A stretch of DNA of 64,000 bases from Octopus sinensis (Eukaryota). The stretch lies in NCBI RefSeq assembly GCF_006345805.1, contig NC_043010.1, forward strand, positions 61,132,001 to 61,196,000. The letters are read 5' to 3'. A model generated the notes under the pieces. It was not told where the DNA came from, did not search any database, and saw only the letters and a list, made by a program, of their open reading frames with translations. Position 1 is the stretch's first letter. Every line of letters starts with the position of its first letter. Made by a program: the position numbers and the translations under genes. Shown in pieces: positions 25,221 through 37,434 of this stretch.

Positions 25221-25685
25221 TAATTCTGTATTTTGTATATTTTCATCTGTCTTACCCGCTTATGTTCTGGTATTTGCTGAATTTCTCTAGAGAACATTCT
25301 TTTCTTTGTGGTTAGATCGTAGGTGATCTATTTCTAGCATATTGGATGTCCACTTAGTGGTCATCCCTATTATACGCATATAAATATATGATATTAAAAT
25401 TAATATTAATTTATCTACCTCATTATTTATATATATATATATCTATATACACACACATTCTAAAATGTTACATGTGGTTTGTTGATGATTTTTTTCCCTC
25501 CATCTTCCTTTTCTCTTGGATTTTCCTCTGTCTCTTCTTTCTGAAGAAGAGCTGTGCTCGAAATGTAAAACACCCTTTCTTTCCTTCCCTGAGCATCTTA
25601 TTAATACTTTGCATGTACCACTTCTTCACATTATTGTTTTCTTCTTGTGTTTTTCTGTTGTTTTTTTTTTGGAATTACCTATATA

Positions 25686-26640
25686 TTCATCATCATCATT
25701 TAACATCCACTTTCCATGCTGGCATGAGTTGGACGGTTTGAGTGAGGGCAGGCAAGCCAGAAGGCTGCATGAGGTTTCAATCTGATCTGGCAATGTTTCT
25801 ACAGCTGGATGCCCTTCTTAACGCTAACCACTCTGAGAGTGTAGTGGATGCTTTTTACATGCTACTGGCATCGGCCATGCTTGAATGGTGCTTTTTATGT
25901 GCCATTAGTATGGGACCAGTCAGCCAGCACTGGCAACGATCATGCTTGAATGGTGTTTTTATGTGCCACCGGCATGGGACAAGTCAGGCCCAACATTTGA
26001 AGATCGTGCTTTACCACCTCATCCCAGGTTTTCCTGGTTCTGCCTCTTCCACAAGTTCCCTCCACTGTTAGAGTGTGACACTTCTTCACACAGCTGTCCT
26101 CGTCCATATGCAACACATGACCATACCAGCACAGTTGTCTCTCTTGCACACCACATCTGATGCTTCTTAAATCCAACTTTTCTCTCAGGGCGCTTACACT
26201 CTGTCATGTTTGCATTCTGACATTACATGTCCAGTGGAGCATACTGGCTTCATTGCTTGCAAGCTTACACATGTCCTCAGCAGTCATGGCCCATATTTCA
26301 CTGCCATGTAGCATGGCTGTTTGTCTACATGCATCATGCAGTTTACCTTTTACTCTGAGCGAGAGGCCCTTTGTTACCAGCAGAGGTAGGAGCTCTCTGA
26401 CCTTTGCCCAGGATATTCTTATTCTCAGAGCATCCACCCAGCTACTGACTTGGTCACCGAGGTAATGGAAGCTATCAACTACTTCTAGCTTTTTCGCATG
26501 GCATGTGATAGAATCTGTATCCTGTACATCTTCAGTGTTTATTGCACCTGTTCTTCTTCCACACAAACTATCTTTCCAGTTAACCTTCCTTTGATATTAC
26601 TGCACTTCTTATGTGTCCATAGCTTACACCAGGTACATCT
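25686..26640 (-). mobile_element. 5'-truncated older copy of the same RTE LINE family
   Basis: KKLEVVDSFHYLGD, GLSLRVKGKL, MLHGSEIW, RGRTRKTWDEVVKHDL and the same 3' UTR/(ATG)n tail as 20063-23735. Confidence 0.85.
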
Positions 26641-27330
26641 TATGAAGTTTCAGTATATTACCTGCCCTGGTTGGTTGGAGTACTGTTTGCTCCATGTACA
26701 AAGTGTTGATGAGGTTCAGGAGGGCCTTCACCTGTCCTTGTTTGCAACACGCCATTCCTGGGACAGAAAAACCCTCAGGCCATCCAACATTGGGCAGATT
26801 GAAGTCTCCCATAAGAAGTACACTTATGTGTTGTTCTAATGTAACGAGAACTTCTACTTTTGTAAGGCAGTCTTCAAACTTATCTACATGATTCAGAGCA
26901 TCTGGAGAGCTATAACTACATCAAGTTGTCTTATATGTACAATTGGTGTGTCACATACTGAATTTGAGTGTGACAAAAAGACCAGGGCTATGAGGTCTTT
27001 GCAGATGTACATAGCAACTCCACTGTAACTCTTTTCTTTTGTCAGTCCGTAATACAACATACTGTGGTATGTGTATTTCTGCATTTGCTATATCTGGTTT
27101 CAGGTTTGTTTCCATAAGGGCTATGCATAAGGCGTGATTGCATGCAACAAGGTCTCTTAGGAAAATAATTTTTGTCCTGTTACTAAGTTTTAGCAGCCCT
27201 CTGATATTCAGTAAGAGCACCAATATGATGTCTGTGTTGTTGCCAGTGGTGTCCACCTTGGGTCTATTTGCCATGGTGGTCTTGTGTATTGGGGATAGTC
27301 CCATCTGTGAGACTGATGTAGCCAGGTCAG
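26640..27330 (-). mobile_element. Decayed APE-endonuclease fragment of a CR1/L2-like LINE
   Basis: Frames give LLLNIRGL, IALMETNL, YVVLRTD, GVAMYI, MGDFNLPNVGW, QPTRAGNIL, which are APE motifs in CR1-like style. Confidence 0.7.
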
Positions 27331-27444
27331 TTGCTGTACAATCTTTTGTACCATGCACAAAAAAGATTGTTGTTCAACAGCTGCCCTTTCGACTACTGCT
27401 AGTCACTAAAGCATTTTTTATCCTCTGTTTATTTTCTCGTGCTC

Positions 27445-27479
27445 CTTTCTGTTGAAGAGCACAGGCTCGAAACATAAAG
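27445..27479 (+). ncRNA. Degenerate hammerhead motif
   Basis: CTTT-CTGTTGA-A-GAGC.ACAG.GCTC-GAAAC-ATA-AAG; two core substitutions (A6, G16.2); followed about 90 bp later by (TA)n. Confidence 0.45.
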
Positions 27480-27569
27480 CACTTTTTCACCTTCCCAAGC
27501 ATTAGACTAATACACCTGTTTGTTGTCTACACACCTGTCTTCGTCTTTTGTTTTTTTGTAAATTCCAAC

Positions 27570-27643
27570 TATATATATATATGCATATACATATATATAC
27601 ATATACATACATGCATATATATATATGTATGAATATATATATT

Positions 27644-27701
<58 letters not shown>

Positions 27702-27740
27702 CATACATGCGCATATATATATATATTTATGTGTGTGTAT
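27570..27740. repeat. Compound (TA)n/(CATA)n microsatellite
   Basis: Read directly. Confidence 0.9.
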
Positions 27741-28276
27741 ACATATACATTAGGCTGGAAAGAGAATTATTACATACTTTTGACAATCATTTTGAGGTTA
27801 CTTTGATACTCATATGATCATGTGACTGACCAGACTGCCAGATGTTGTTACACATCACTGACAACAATGCGCTTTTCCTTCGAATGACAACTCTCTGCTG
27901 GCTAGGCAAATGGGTCAACATTCCCCCCTTATCAAGAGGGGGACTAGACCAATGTAAAATGAAGTTTTTTGCTCTAGAACACAACGTGCTGCCCAATCTG
28001 GGGATTGAACCCACAATCTAGTAATCATTACTGCAACAGCCCAACCACAAGGCCATGATCCTTCATGCATTTGTGGTAGTAGTAGCAGCTTCGGCAGCAA
28101 AGAATAGTAATTCTCATAAGATATCAATGTCTTAACAAATTTCAAGAGAGACATTGTAAGGTAAATAGTTGTTGATTCAGAGGGGAGAAAAATAATGCGT
28201 GTTCATGTACAAATTACGATTCACATAAGCAATTATAAATAGCATTTCATAATTATTGTATGCTGCAAACAATAAT

Positions 28277-28690
28277 TTGTCTTATGAAGAAAGGCTGAAG
28301 GCGCTCGCCCTTTATTCTCTAGAAAAATGACGATGCCGTGATGATCTCATTCTTGCTCACAACATCATAAGCGGAAAGTGTAACCTCTCGAAAGAGCTGT
28401 TCTTCACTCCTGCTCCAGAGTGTAGGCTGCGGGGTCACTCCGAAAAGTTCTATCTACGACGATTTCATCTCAATCGAAGGAGAGGGGCTTTCTCCGTCCG
28501 GGTTGCGGATCCGTGGAATAAGCTGCTGGACGAGATAGTGAAGATGCCGACGACCGATCGGTTCAAAGTCTCTCTTGACCAGAAATGGCCTGAACTCTTT
28601 CATGAACACCCCTGTACATAACTCCATGTCCCCCTACATGGCCTTGCTTTTTGCTTTTTGAGCCAAAAAATTAACTTAACTTAAATTAAA
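28277..28690 (+). mobile_element. 3' end fragment of a CR1-like LINE
   Basis: Manual translation LSYEERLKALALYSLEK*R.RDDLILAHNII...RLRGHSEKF...FSVRVADPWNKL matches the CR1 RT C-terminal pattern; followed by a short 3' UTR. Confidence 0.8.
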
Positions 28691-30048
28691 TGTAATACTT
28701 ATCTATTTACATTGATCTGAATTAATCATATAATATTTTTTTTAAACTTTGAAATTTTGATAAGACTGTTCAATTTAGAATGACATTGTAGGGTAGGAGT
28801 GAGAGGCTGGATCTGGCCAGTTTTGAACATAAAATAGGGAGAATATTTTGGCTGGATACAATCAGTTTAAATGCCAAAGGGTCAATCAAAGTGTTTCCCT
28901 TTTCTCATCCTTGAAAAGGGGACATGCTACCGAACCACTCCTGGGCTGGATAAACACAAGGGATGAAAGTTGGGTTCTCTATGAGTCTATCCAATGAAAA
29001 CAACAATGGTTAGCATCCAATTAAAACATCATCATCATCATCGTTTAACGTCCGTTCTCCATGCTAGCATGGGTTGGACGGTTCAACCGGGGTCTGGGAA
29101 ACCAGGAGGCTGCACCAGGCCAAGTCTGATCTGGCAGTGTTTCTACAGCTGGATGCCCTTCCTAACGCCAACCATTCCGAGAGTGTAGTGGGTGCTTTTT
29201 ACGTGCCAGGCAAGTCTGGCAATGGCCACGATTGGTTGGTGCTTTTTATGTGCCACCAGCATGGAGGCCAGTCGAGGCTGCGCTGTCAACAGCCATGTAC
29301 GGATGGTTCTTTTACGTGCCACTGGTATCGAAGGATGAATTCCCAAATCAGGACTGCACCAGAAGAAGAAGTTATGCTCTACATTTGGTGGGATATGAAG
29401 AGCATAATTACTTATGAAGCATTAAAACAAAGTGAAGCAATTAATGCAGAGAAGTCGTGTCTTCAATTGGACGCACTGCAGGAAAATTTGCAAGAAAAGC
29501 ACTCATTGTTGATCAATCATAAAAGGGTGTAAGGCAGAACATAAGAACAAACAGCATAAGGCAGAACAGGAAGATGGAAACTAAGGTAAAACATGCATTA
29601 AAACCTGAAGCAGAATAAAATATAAAAAGACAGATGGTCACAGCTCGAGTGCTTTTGACTGTTAGGTAAAACATAAAACAGATTGTCTGTGTAATTTAAT
29701 AATTATGAGGCAGGGCAAAAGGCAGGACAAAAGGCAATTCATAAAAGCCACCAAAAAGTAGAATAGAAAACAAACCAGTGTGATTCAATAATATTAATGT
29801 TTGTATCTACCTACGTTTGTGAAACTCTTAAAAGCTCTCAGCTGAAGGAAGGGGAGTTACAGTGAGTGAAGTGAGAGGTAAAGAGGGGGGGAAAGTAAGA
29901 ATTGTTTAATGGAGGGAGGAGGTGGTTAATGATGAGAGAGGGGTAAAAATAAGGAACACTACACACACACACACACGAAATACTGAGGCCTGTGGTAGTT
30001 GTTAAAGGGATGGAGTGGGGTTACAGGTAAAACTGTTGGTTAACGGAC

Positions 30049-30081
<33 letters not shown>

Positions 30082-30295
30082 AAAGAGACAACAGTAAAAA
30101 AACTAGGTTTTCTTTTTATTTTTATTGAACTAATTTTTTTTTTAAATCTTCAATGATTTCGTGTCTGCTGCACCGTGGCGCAAACAACTCTCATCTGCAA
30201 AACAATGAAGACTGAACGGTTTACATCTTTTTTTTTCTTCTTCTTTTTTTTTTTTGATTTCATAAAATATGGACAGCGACAGATGATGTGAGCAA

Positions 30296-30336
<41 letters not shown>
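30296..30336. repeat. (GA)n microsatellite
   Basis: Read directly; another at about 6577-6613. Confidence 0.9.
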
Positions 30337-30340
<4 letters not shown>

Positions 30341-31383
30341 AGAAGGAGACGAGGCTATAGGTAAGAAGTATGAGAAAAGCAGAGGGGGGGAGAGTCACAA
30401 AAATGAGGAGAGGGAGCAGCGGCAGCAGCAGAGAAGGAGTAAATATGAAATGAAAGAGAATGTATTGAGTATTATTTACACTAGAATGAGAGAAGGAGTT
30501 AAAAGAACTCCAGAATAATCATTGTCAAAGACATTATGTCTCAAGAGTCTTAGACGTCAACGATCATGGAATTTCCATGGGTTCAGCTAATAATTATAAG
30601 ACAGGCAGCATTTAATTTAACTTTTATTGAAATTTGAAGCAGGATGGAAAGTTTGAGATGACCATTCCTTGAGAGGAGTTTCTGGCCATAAATCTCCATC
30701 GTTCCAGATATGAAGGCCAGTGCTGTGTTGCATAGACACATTCCATCACCACCATCATTATCATCATCATCGTCATCAACATCATCTTGAACAGTTTGTT
30801 TTAATAACTATATTTTCTATGTTGGCTGGAATAAAATAGTTTGATATATGAGTTAGCTTTGAAAAACATGGTTGATTCTCTTGGTATCAGAGTTGCTGAG
30901 GTTTGATATTATTATGTTCAAGTAGGGGATTAAAAACGGTATTTTTTTTTTTTCTTTTTTGGTCCAGTGCATAAGACAGAAGGAACTGCCTATCATTGCC
31001 TGAAAGAAGTAGTTTCCTTTCTTTCATTGCCAAAACTGTAAAACAGAAGAACTTGTTTCATTGACTCGTTGTTCCTGGTTTTGCATCCAACATGTATTAT
31101 TCATCTGTGACAGGTTACCACTGGGTTTGGAACATGGAAGTTTCTGTTGGAATACAAGAAAAAGCAAACATTGTTAGTTTCAAATTTAACATAATTGATT
31201 CATTATAAAGAAACTTGGAGCAGTACATCTATCAGTGGTCATCACAGGGGGCCTGGCTTACAAAGATCAAAACAAAGAAAATATTGCAGTTCTATATTTA
31301 AGACATGAGGAATTATGTACATTATTTACATTATTTACGTTCGATGGATATTTGTCCTCATCTAAATCACTATGCCATATGCC

Positions 31384-31625
31384 CGTGGGCATATGGCGTA
31401 GTGGTTAAGAGCGCAGGCTACTAACCCCAAGAGTCCAAGTTCGATTCCAAGCAGTGACCTGAACAATAATAATAATAATAATAACATCGAAAAATACCTC
31501 AGGAATGAGAACCCAGGTTCGAAATCTCCCCAAGACACCTGAAGAAGGCTGGAGGGTATATCAGCCGAAACATTGTGTTAACAACAAACAAGATGAGGAC
31601 AAATATCTCAAATGTAAATAATGGA
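31384..31625 (+). mobile_element. tRNA-headed SINE with internal (AAT)n and a 3' hammerhead-ribozyme motif
   Basis: Box A TGGCGTAGTGG 31394-31404; box B GTTCGATTCC 31439-31448; (AAT)n about 31465-31484; HHR motif 31535-31578. Confidence 0.75.
31535..31578 (+). ncRNA. Type I hammerhead motif, probably inactivated (G16.2>A)
   Basis: ACAC-CTGAAGA-A-GGCTG.10nt.CAGCC-GAAAC-ATT-GTGT; restoring ATT to GTT (reversal of CpG decay) gives palindromic ACGT helix III. Confidence 0.7.
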
Positions 31626-32049
31626 AAAACATAGTGATTAATAAATCAGTGATAATCAAACCACCTCTGTGGCACCTGAACTCATGGCCCACAGCAGCAA
31701 AGTTTCCACCACACCTTCATGTTTTTTCTGTTCTCTGGTCCCATATTGATGAGTTTCAGTACATAAATCTGAATAAAAAAAATATTCAGCCTTGCAACAC
31801 AAACATAAGCAACAAGGAGTGCATTCTGGATAGCTGTGCATTGTGAGGGGTCGCTGAGGCACATTTTGTGACAGACAAGAAGAATCTTTAACCGATTGCT
31901 GGTTCATGTTTATTACAGATCAATTCATAATAAGTCTAATATGGTCCACAATTGAGTTCAGTCTGTTATCCAAGATTAATGGTGAACAAATCAGGGATAA
32001 ATGAGGTTATAGGATTAAGAAAACTGTTGTTGAAATATTTGAAATTGGT

Positions 32050-32430
32050 TCAGGCACAGGCATGGCTGTGTGGCAAGAAGCTTGCTTCACAATCACATGG
32101 TTCTAGGTTCAGTCCCACTGCGTGGCACCTTGGGCAAGTGTCTTCTACTGTAGCATTGGTCTGACCAAAGCCTTGTGAGTGGATTTGGTAGACTGAAAGA
32201 AGCCCATTGTGTGTATATATATATGTGTTTGTGTGTCTGTGTTTGTCCTCCGCATCTTTGCTTGACAACCAATGTTGGTGTGTTTACATCCTCATAACTT
32301 AGTGGTTCAGCAAAAGAGGCTGATAGATTAAGTACTAGGCTTACAAAGAATAAGTCCTGGGGTCGATTTGTTTGACTAAAGGTGGGTGCTCCAGCATGAC
32401 CACAGTCAAATAACAAACAAATAAAAGAAT
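32050..32430 (+). mobile_element. SINE family B (tRNA-like head, internal (TA)/(TG) microsatellite, tail ...CAGCATGGCCACAGTCAAATGACTGAAAC)
   Basis: Box-B-like GGTTCAGTCCC; other copies or pieces at 9720, 16322, 17725, 19897+23740, 43840-44640, 51050(-), 52300(-), 53740(-), 55110, 57290. Confidence 0.85.
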
Positions 32431-32454
32431 AAAAGAAAATCTATGTATTCTTTT

Positions 32455-32860
32455 ATTTTTTCATTTGTTTCAGTCATTTGACTGCGGCCATGCTGGAGCA
32501 CCACCTTTAGTCAAACAAATCGACCCCAGGACTTATTCTTTGTAAGCCTAGTACTTAATCTATCAGCCTCTTTTGCTGAACCACTAAGTTACAGGGATGT
32601 AAACACACCAACATCAGTTGTCAAGTGATGTTTGGAGGACAAACACACACACACAAATACATACATACATATATACACACACACACACACACATATATAT
32701 ACGACAGGCTTCTTTCAGTTTCCATCTACCAAATCCACTCACAAGGCTTTGGTCGGCCCAAGGCCATAGTAGAAGACACTTGCCCAAGGTGCCACGCAGT
32801 GAGACTGAACCCAGAACCATGTGGTTGGTAAGCAAGCTACTTACCACACAGCCACTCCTG
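32455..32860 (-). mobile_element. SINE family B copy, tail-to-tail with 32050-32430
   Basis: Reverse complement of the family B sequence, starting about 25 bp after the + copy ends. Confidence 0.85.
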
Positions 32861-32897
32861 CACCTGTTAAAATAACGCTGTATGTGCACAGCATTGA

Positions 32898-33121
32898 TGC
32901 CTTTAGCAAAAAAAACAGCCACATCCAGCCTAAATATTCTACCTGTTTCATACTCAAACTGGTCAGATTTATCCTCTCACACCTGACCTACAATGCCATT
33001 CTAAAAATAAACAATCACATTTTGGAAATCTCGAAATTACAGGATAACAGATGATTAATTCAAAACAATATGAATAAAAAAGCATCACATTTGACAAAGT
33101 AACCCAATTACTAAAGGGTTA
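32898..33121. mobile_element. piggyBac-type MITE, same family as 33566-33785
   Basis: Shared internal sequence (..CCTCTCACACCT..ACAATG.CATTCTAAAA..) and AAAGGGTTAA end. Confidence 0.6.
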
Positions 33122-33565
33122 AGCCCATTGTTGTTGCTTAGCCCCTCTGGTCAGTGGCCCCGACTGACAACAGACCTACAGTCAAAAGCACTCGAGCTAT
33201 GACCATCTGTCTTTTTATATTTTATTCTTCGACACACAGTGTACCTGGGACTACATTAATCCAAAGGTAAAAGAGTTGACTCTGACAAAACTTGTGATAA
33301 CAGGGAGCAGAAAATAACAAGTGTGAATGGAGAGAGAAGTGGTGGTGGTCATGATGGAGGTGGGTCAATGTAGAGAAGACGAAATGAGTCTTTCTCTTTC
33401 TCTCTCAAATCTCAGCCCAACATCTCAAAAAAACAGAACAAATTAGATAATGTAGTCTTAGATACATTAAGTCAAATGGTCAGAGCCAGCAGATCACAGA
33501 TCATAGGTTGATCTTGATTAGGACTGACCAAGGGTTAAACAGCAACAACAAAAGACTGACAGTAA

Positions 33566-33785
33566 CCCTTTAACATTCAAACTGGCCATATCCGGCCCAG
33601 ATATCCTCCCTGCTTTATGTTGAAGCCAACCAGATCAAGCCTCTCGCACCTACCCTGCAATGTCATTCTAAAAGGAAGCTACAACATAATCAAAATCCCA
33701 AAGCTATGAGATAATACAGGATTACTTCAAGCCAGTGTGAATGACTAACCATCACATTTGACTGAGTAATCTGAATGCTTAAGGG
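33566..33785. mobile_element. piggyBac-type MITE (about 220 bp)
   Basis: Termini CCCTTTAACATTC...GAATGCTTAAGGG in a TTAA-like context; related copies at 32898-33121 and 28745-28885. Confidence 0.65.
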
Positions 33786-33884
33786 TTTTTTAAGGGTTAA
33801 AAAAACAAACAACACTAACAGGGTCCTTGTCAGTCTTAACAAATACACAACTGCTAATGGCTGTGTGTATGTGAAGGTAATAAA

Positions 33885-34111
33885 GGCGGTGAGCTGGCAG
33901 AAACGTTAGCACACCGGGCGAAATGCGTAGCCGTATTTCGTCTGCCGTTCTGAGTTCAAATTCCGCCGAGGTCAATTTTGCCTTTCATCCTTTCAGGGAT
34001 CGATAAATTAAGTACCAGTTACGCACTGGGGTCGATATAATCGACTTAATCCGTTTGTCTGCCCTTGTTTGTCCTCTCTGTGTTTAGCCCCTTGTGGGTA
34101 GTAAAGAAATA
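33885..34111 (+). mobile_element. SINE family A, full copy
   Basis: Near-identical to 17958-18182. Confidence 0.85.
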
Positions 34112-35214
34112 GGTAATATGGCTTTATGTGTATAGGTGTGTGTGGAGTATGTGTATGTCAATGCATTTGGATGTTCAAGCACAGGTGAGGGCTTATGTAT
34201 AAGTATGTATTTTTATATATGTGAGGGTAAGTATAGCTGTGTGTGTTTGTGTGTATACACACACAAGAAGTATATATAGTTATGGTGAGTATATGAGGAG
34301 TGTGAGTATTTACAAGGTAGTGAGTATATATAGGGAGTCCCCCACCCCCCAAAAAAAGGGTATGAGAAACAAATTGCCAAAGTTCAACAACATTTGTGAG
34401 TTGTGAAATAGGAATCTCAAAATGAAGCGTCCATTGCATTTTAATGCAGAGTCGTTGGGAAAATTAGTTTCCAAGAACAGTCCATGATCTTAATGAAGAT
34501 GATCCAGAAAAAAAGTGGAGTTTTGCAAGTTGTAATTGGCAAAGTGTATAAAAGATGCACACCTTCCAACAAAGGTTATTTGGAGTGATGAGGCTACATT
34601 CAAATAACTCAATCATCTGTCACAGCTGCACCCAGTGACAGATGATTGAGCTAATTAATTGAAACGAGTCTCCACATATTATAGAGGAACATCAAGTTAA
34701 TTAAGCAGCAGTTACAGTACCATAGTAAGGGCCTACCTTGATGAGATTTTACCAAACAGGTGGATTGGACAAAGAGAATCACTAGAATATCCTTCATATT
34801 CTTATGGGGATACATGTAAAAATTACAGTACAAAAATGGCAACAGTCAATGACCTGAGGGCAGGTGTTGAATGAAAATGTGCACAAATATCAAAATACCA
34901 AAGAAAATGGTTTTTGACATTAACAATTAAATGACTTTGTGTTATCAGTGGTGCCTTCACCAGAATGGTCATCAGCTTGAAAATAGACAGGCATAAAAAA
35001 TTAAATTCTGTCTGTAAGTTCTATTAAATTTTAAAAATGAAACATATTTTAATAAACACTGAATTTATAATCATTCACCGTGTGTATACACTTTTTGGGA
35101 CACCTTGTATATATAAGTGTGTGAATGCATATATGTGCGAAGTGTATGTGTGTGTGGATATATATGATTGTGTCTCTGTGTGTACATCACACATAGTATG
35201 TAAAGGCATCATGG

Positions 35215-35600
35215 AAGCACTCCGTCGGTTACGACGATGAGGGATCCGGTTGATCCGAATCAACAGAACAGCCTGCTCATGAAATTAACGTGTAAGTGGC
35301 TGAGCACTCCACAGACATGTGTACCCTTAACGTAGTTCTCGGGGATATTCAGCGTGACACAGAGAGTGACAAGGCCGGCCCTTTGAAATACATGTACAAC
35401 AGAAACAGGAAGTAAGAGTGAGAGAGAAAGTTGTGGTGAAAGAGTACAGCAGGGATCACCACCATCCCCTGCCGGAGCCTCGTGGAGCTTTAGGTGTTTT
35501 CGCTCAATAAACACTCACAACGCCCGGTCTGGGAATCGAAACCGTGATCCTATGGCCGCGAGTCCACTGCCCTAACCACTGGGCCATTGCGCCTCCACAA
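35215..35600 (-). mobile_element. SINE family C (tRNA-like head TGGCCCAGTGGTTAG...GGTTTCGATTCC)
   Basis: Box A/B-like motifs on the minus strand; related copies at 61375-61630(+), 1770-2085(-) and 2920-3760(+, split by the MITE). Confidence 0.75.
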
Positions 35601-37434
35601 AGGCATCATACATATAGTATGTATAAACATATAAATTTGCAAATATAAACACATACATACAAGATGTCCTCAACCCATGGAACAGTTGTAGCCCTGAATG
35701 TACTTGCACAATTCTATAAAACATGTCTATTACTCAATGTAAAACATCATTGTCAATATATTCCACAACAATCACATCAAAGTCTTCCACAATTTCACAA
35801 TTTTAACAACAAAATCATGACAGAGGGAAAAAAAAAACACCAAAGAAAACCACATCCAAAACAATAAATATTACAGGAAAATATTTCAATAACACAGCAT
35901 GACTGAAAATAGATACTATATTGGCCCTTCTAGCTCCCTAACCATTACCTTCTAATCCTTGCTCCCTAGAATGAAATCCCTCAGGAATTTTATCCCTGGC
36001 TTTGGTTTCCTTACAGCAATCAACTTACAACTATTCATTGATCTCACCAGTGTGGGGAAATCTTTTGAGGATTTGTGAAAGCCCTGAAGTCCCTTTTTCT
36101 GCACAGCAAACCATTAAAACAAAAGAAGGTTTTACTGTAAATATTGCAGTTAACAAAAAAATCTAAAATTCAGTGGTGGTGGTGGTGGTGGTGGTGATGG
36201 TAGTGATAGTGGTTGTAGTGTGATGGTGGTGGCGGCAGCTGTCTTACTAATCCATCTGTGAAGAACATTAATAGTGTCCACAGACTACCTTGCAGGACTT
36301 TATAATCTAAATTCCTGTCAAAGTGGACTAAATTCATGTCCCATCATTTCACAACACGATGGTGGGTTGCCAAGTCCAGGTTCAGCTCCATACTGCTGTG
36401 TGACCTGTTAGATTTCTGAGAGGCAACAAAAATCATCTCCCCACCTGTCCGCCCACCCCTCAAATCATCTCCCCACCTGTCTGCCCACCCCTCACCACCT
36501 TCTTCACATCAAGAATTTATGTTCCAAACTTGCTTTTAGTGAGGACCTTCCATCACATCAAGTATTTGGACCTAACAATCAATAAATTACAAAAAAAAAC
36601 AAACCCTTCAGTCTCAGAAAATTCTCTTCACTCTCCCACCCTTATAAACAGCAAGAAAGGGTTGGTCAGGAAGGGAATAAGGAGGATTAAAAAAGTGATG
36701 GATCAACCAGGGATGTAAATAATTGATGAGATTAACTCCTTAGATCAAAGGTTCTCAACCCTGGATCTCAAGCACCCTCCCAGCAACCCATGACATTCTT
36801 TTCTCTGGAAATATAATAAACTTTTTTCCAATTGATTTGTGTTTTTTGATGTGGCCCCCTAAAAAATCCACGTTTGGGATTTGGCCCCGATATTAAAAAG
36901 GTTGGGAACCACTGACTTAGATAGACAGCTTCTGTACAGTGTTGTTGTTGATGTTGTTTAGCATCCTAAACAGAGAAAAGTAAAAGTTGGTGGTAAACAA
37001 ATATACAGTCACAACATAAACATACCCAGTCACTATAGAAACAAACTACTGCCATATATGGTAAGGAAAGGTTGGATTATGGAGGTGAGCACAACACCGA
37101 ACACTGAACAACATTGACCAAATATAGTAAACAACAAGTCATGTGACAAAAGGCATTCAAGGCATGACTACACGAGTTTAGGCTTTTCACAAACAAAGTA
37201 TAACTGGGACTATATTATTTTAAAGTGTTCTTTGTTCTTTAATTTGGCAGGATGTAATTTGGAGGTGATTTAGCAGCTATTTCTAGTACGCTGAGTGATC
37301 ATACGGATGTGCCTTCGTTAATTTGTGAAATCATGGGGAGAGCAAAACATTTGAAACATTAACTTCAGAAAGGAATGGCTGGATGTAGAGTTATGAGGTG
37401 AGAGACAGTGACAGACAGAAATAATCAGTAAATC

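Noticed and set aside
31384-31460. tRNA gene
   Set aside because: Boxes A and B are present, but the acceptor and T stems are poor and it continues into a SINE body; treated as a SINE head.
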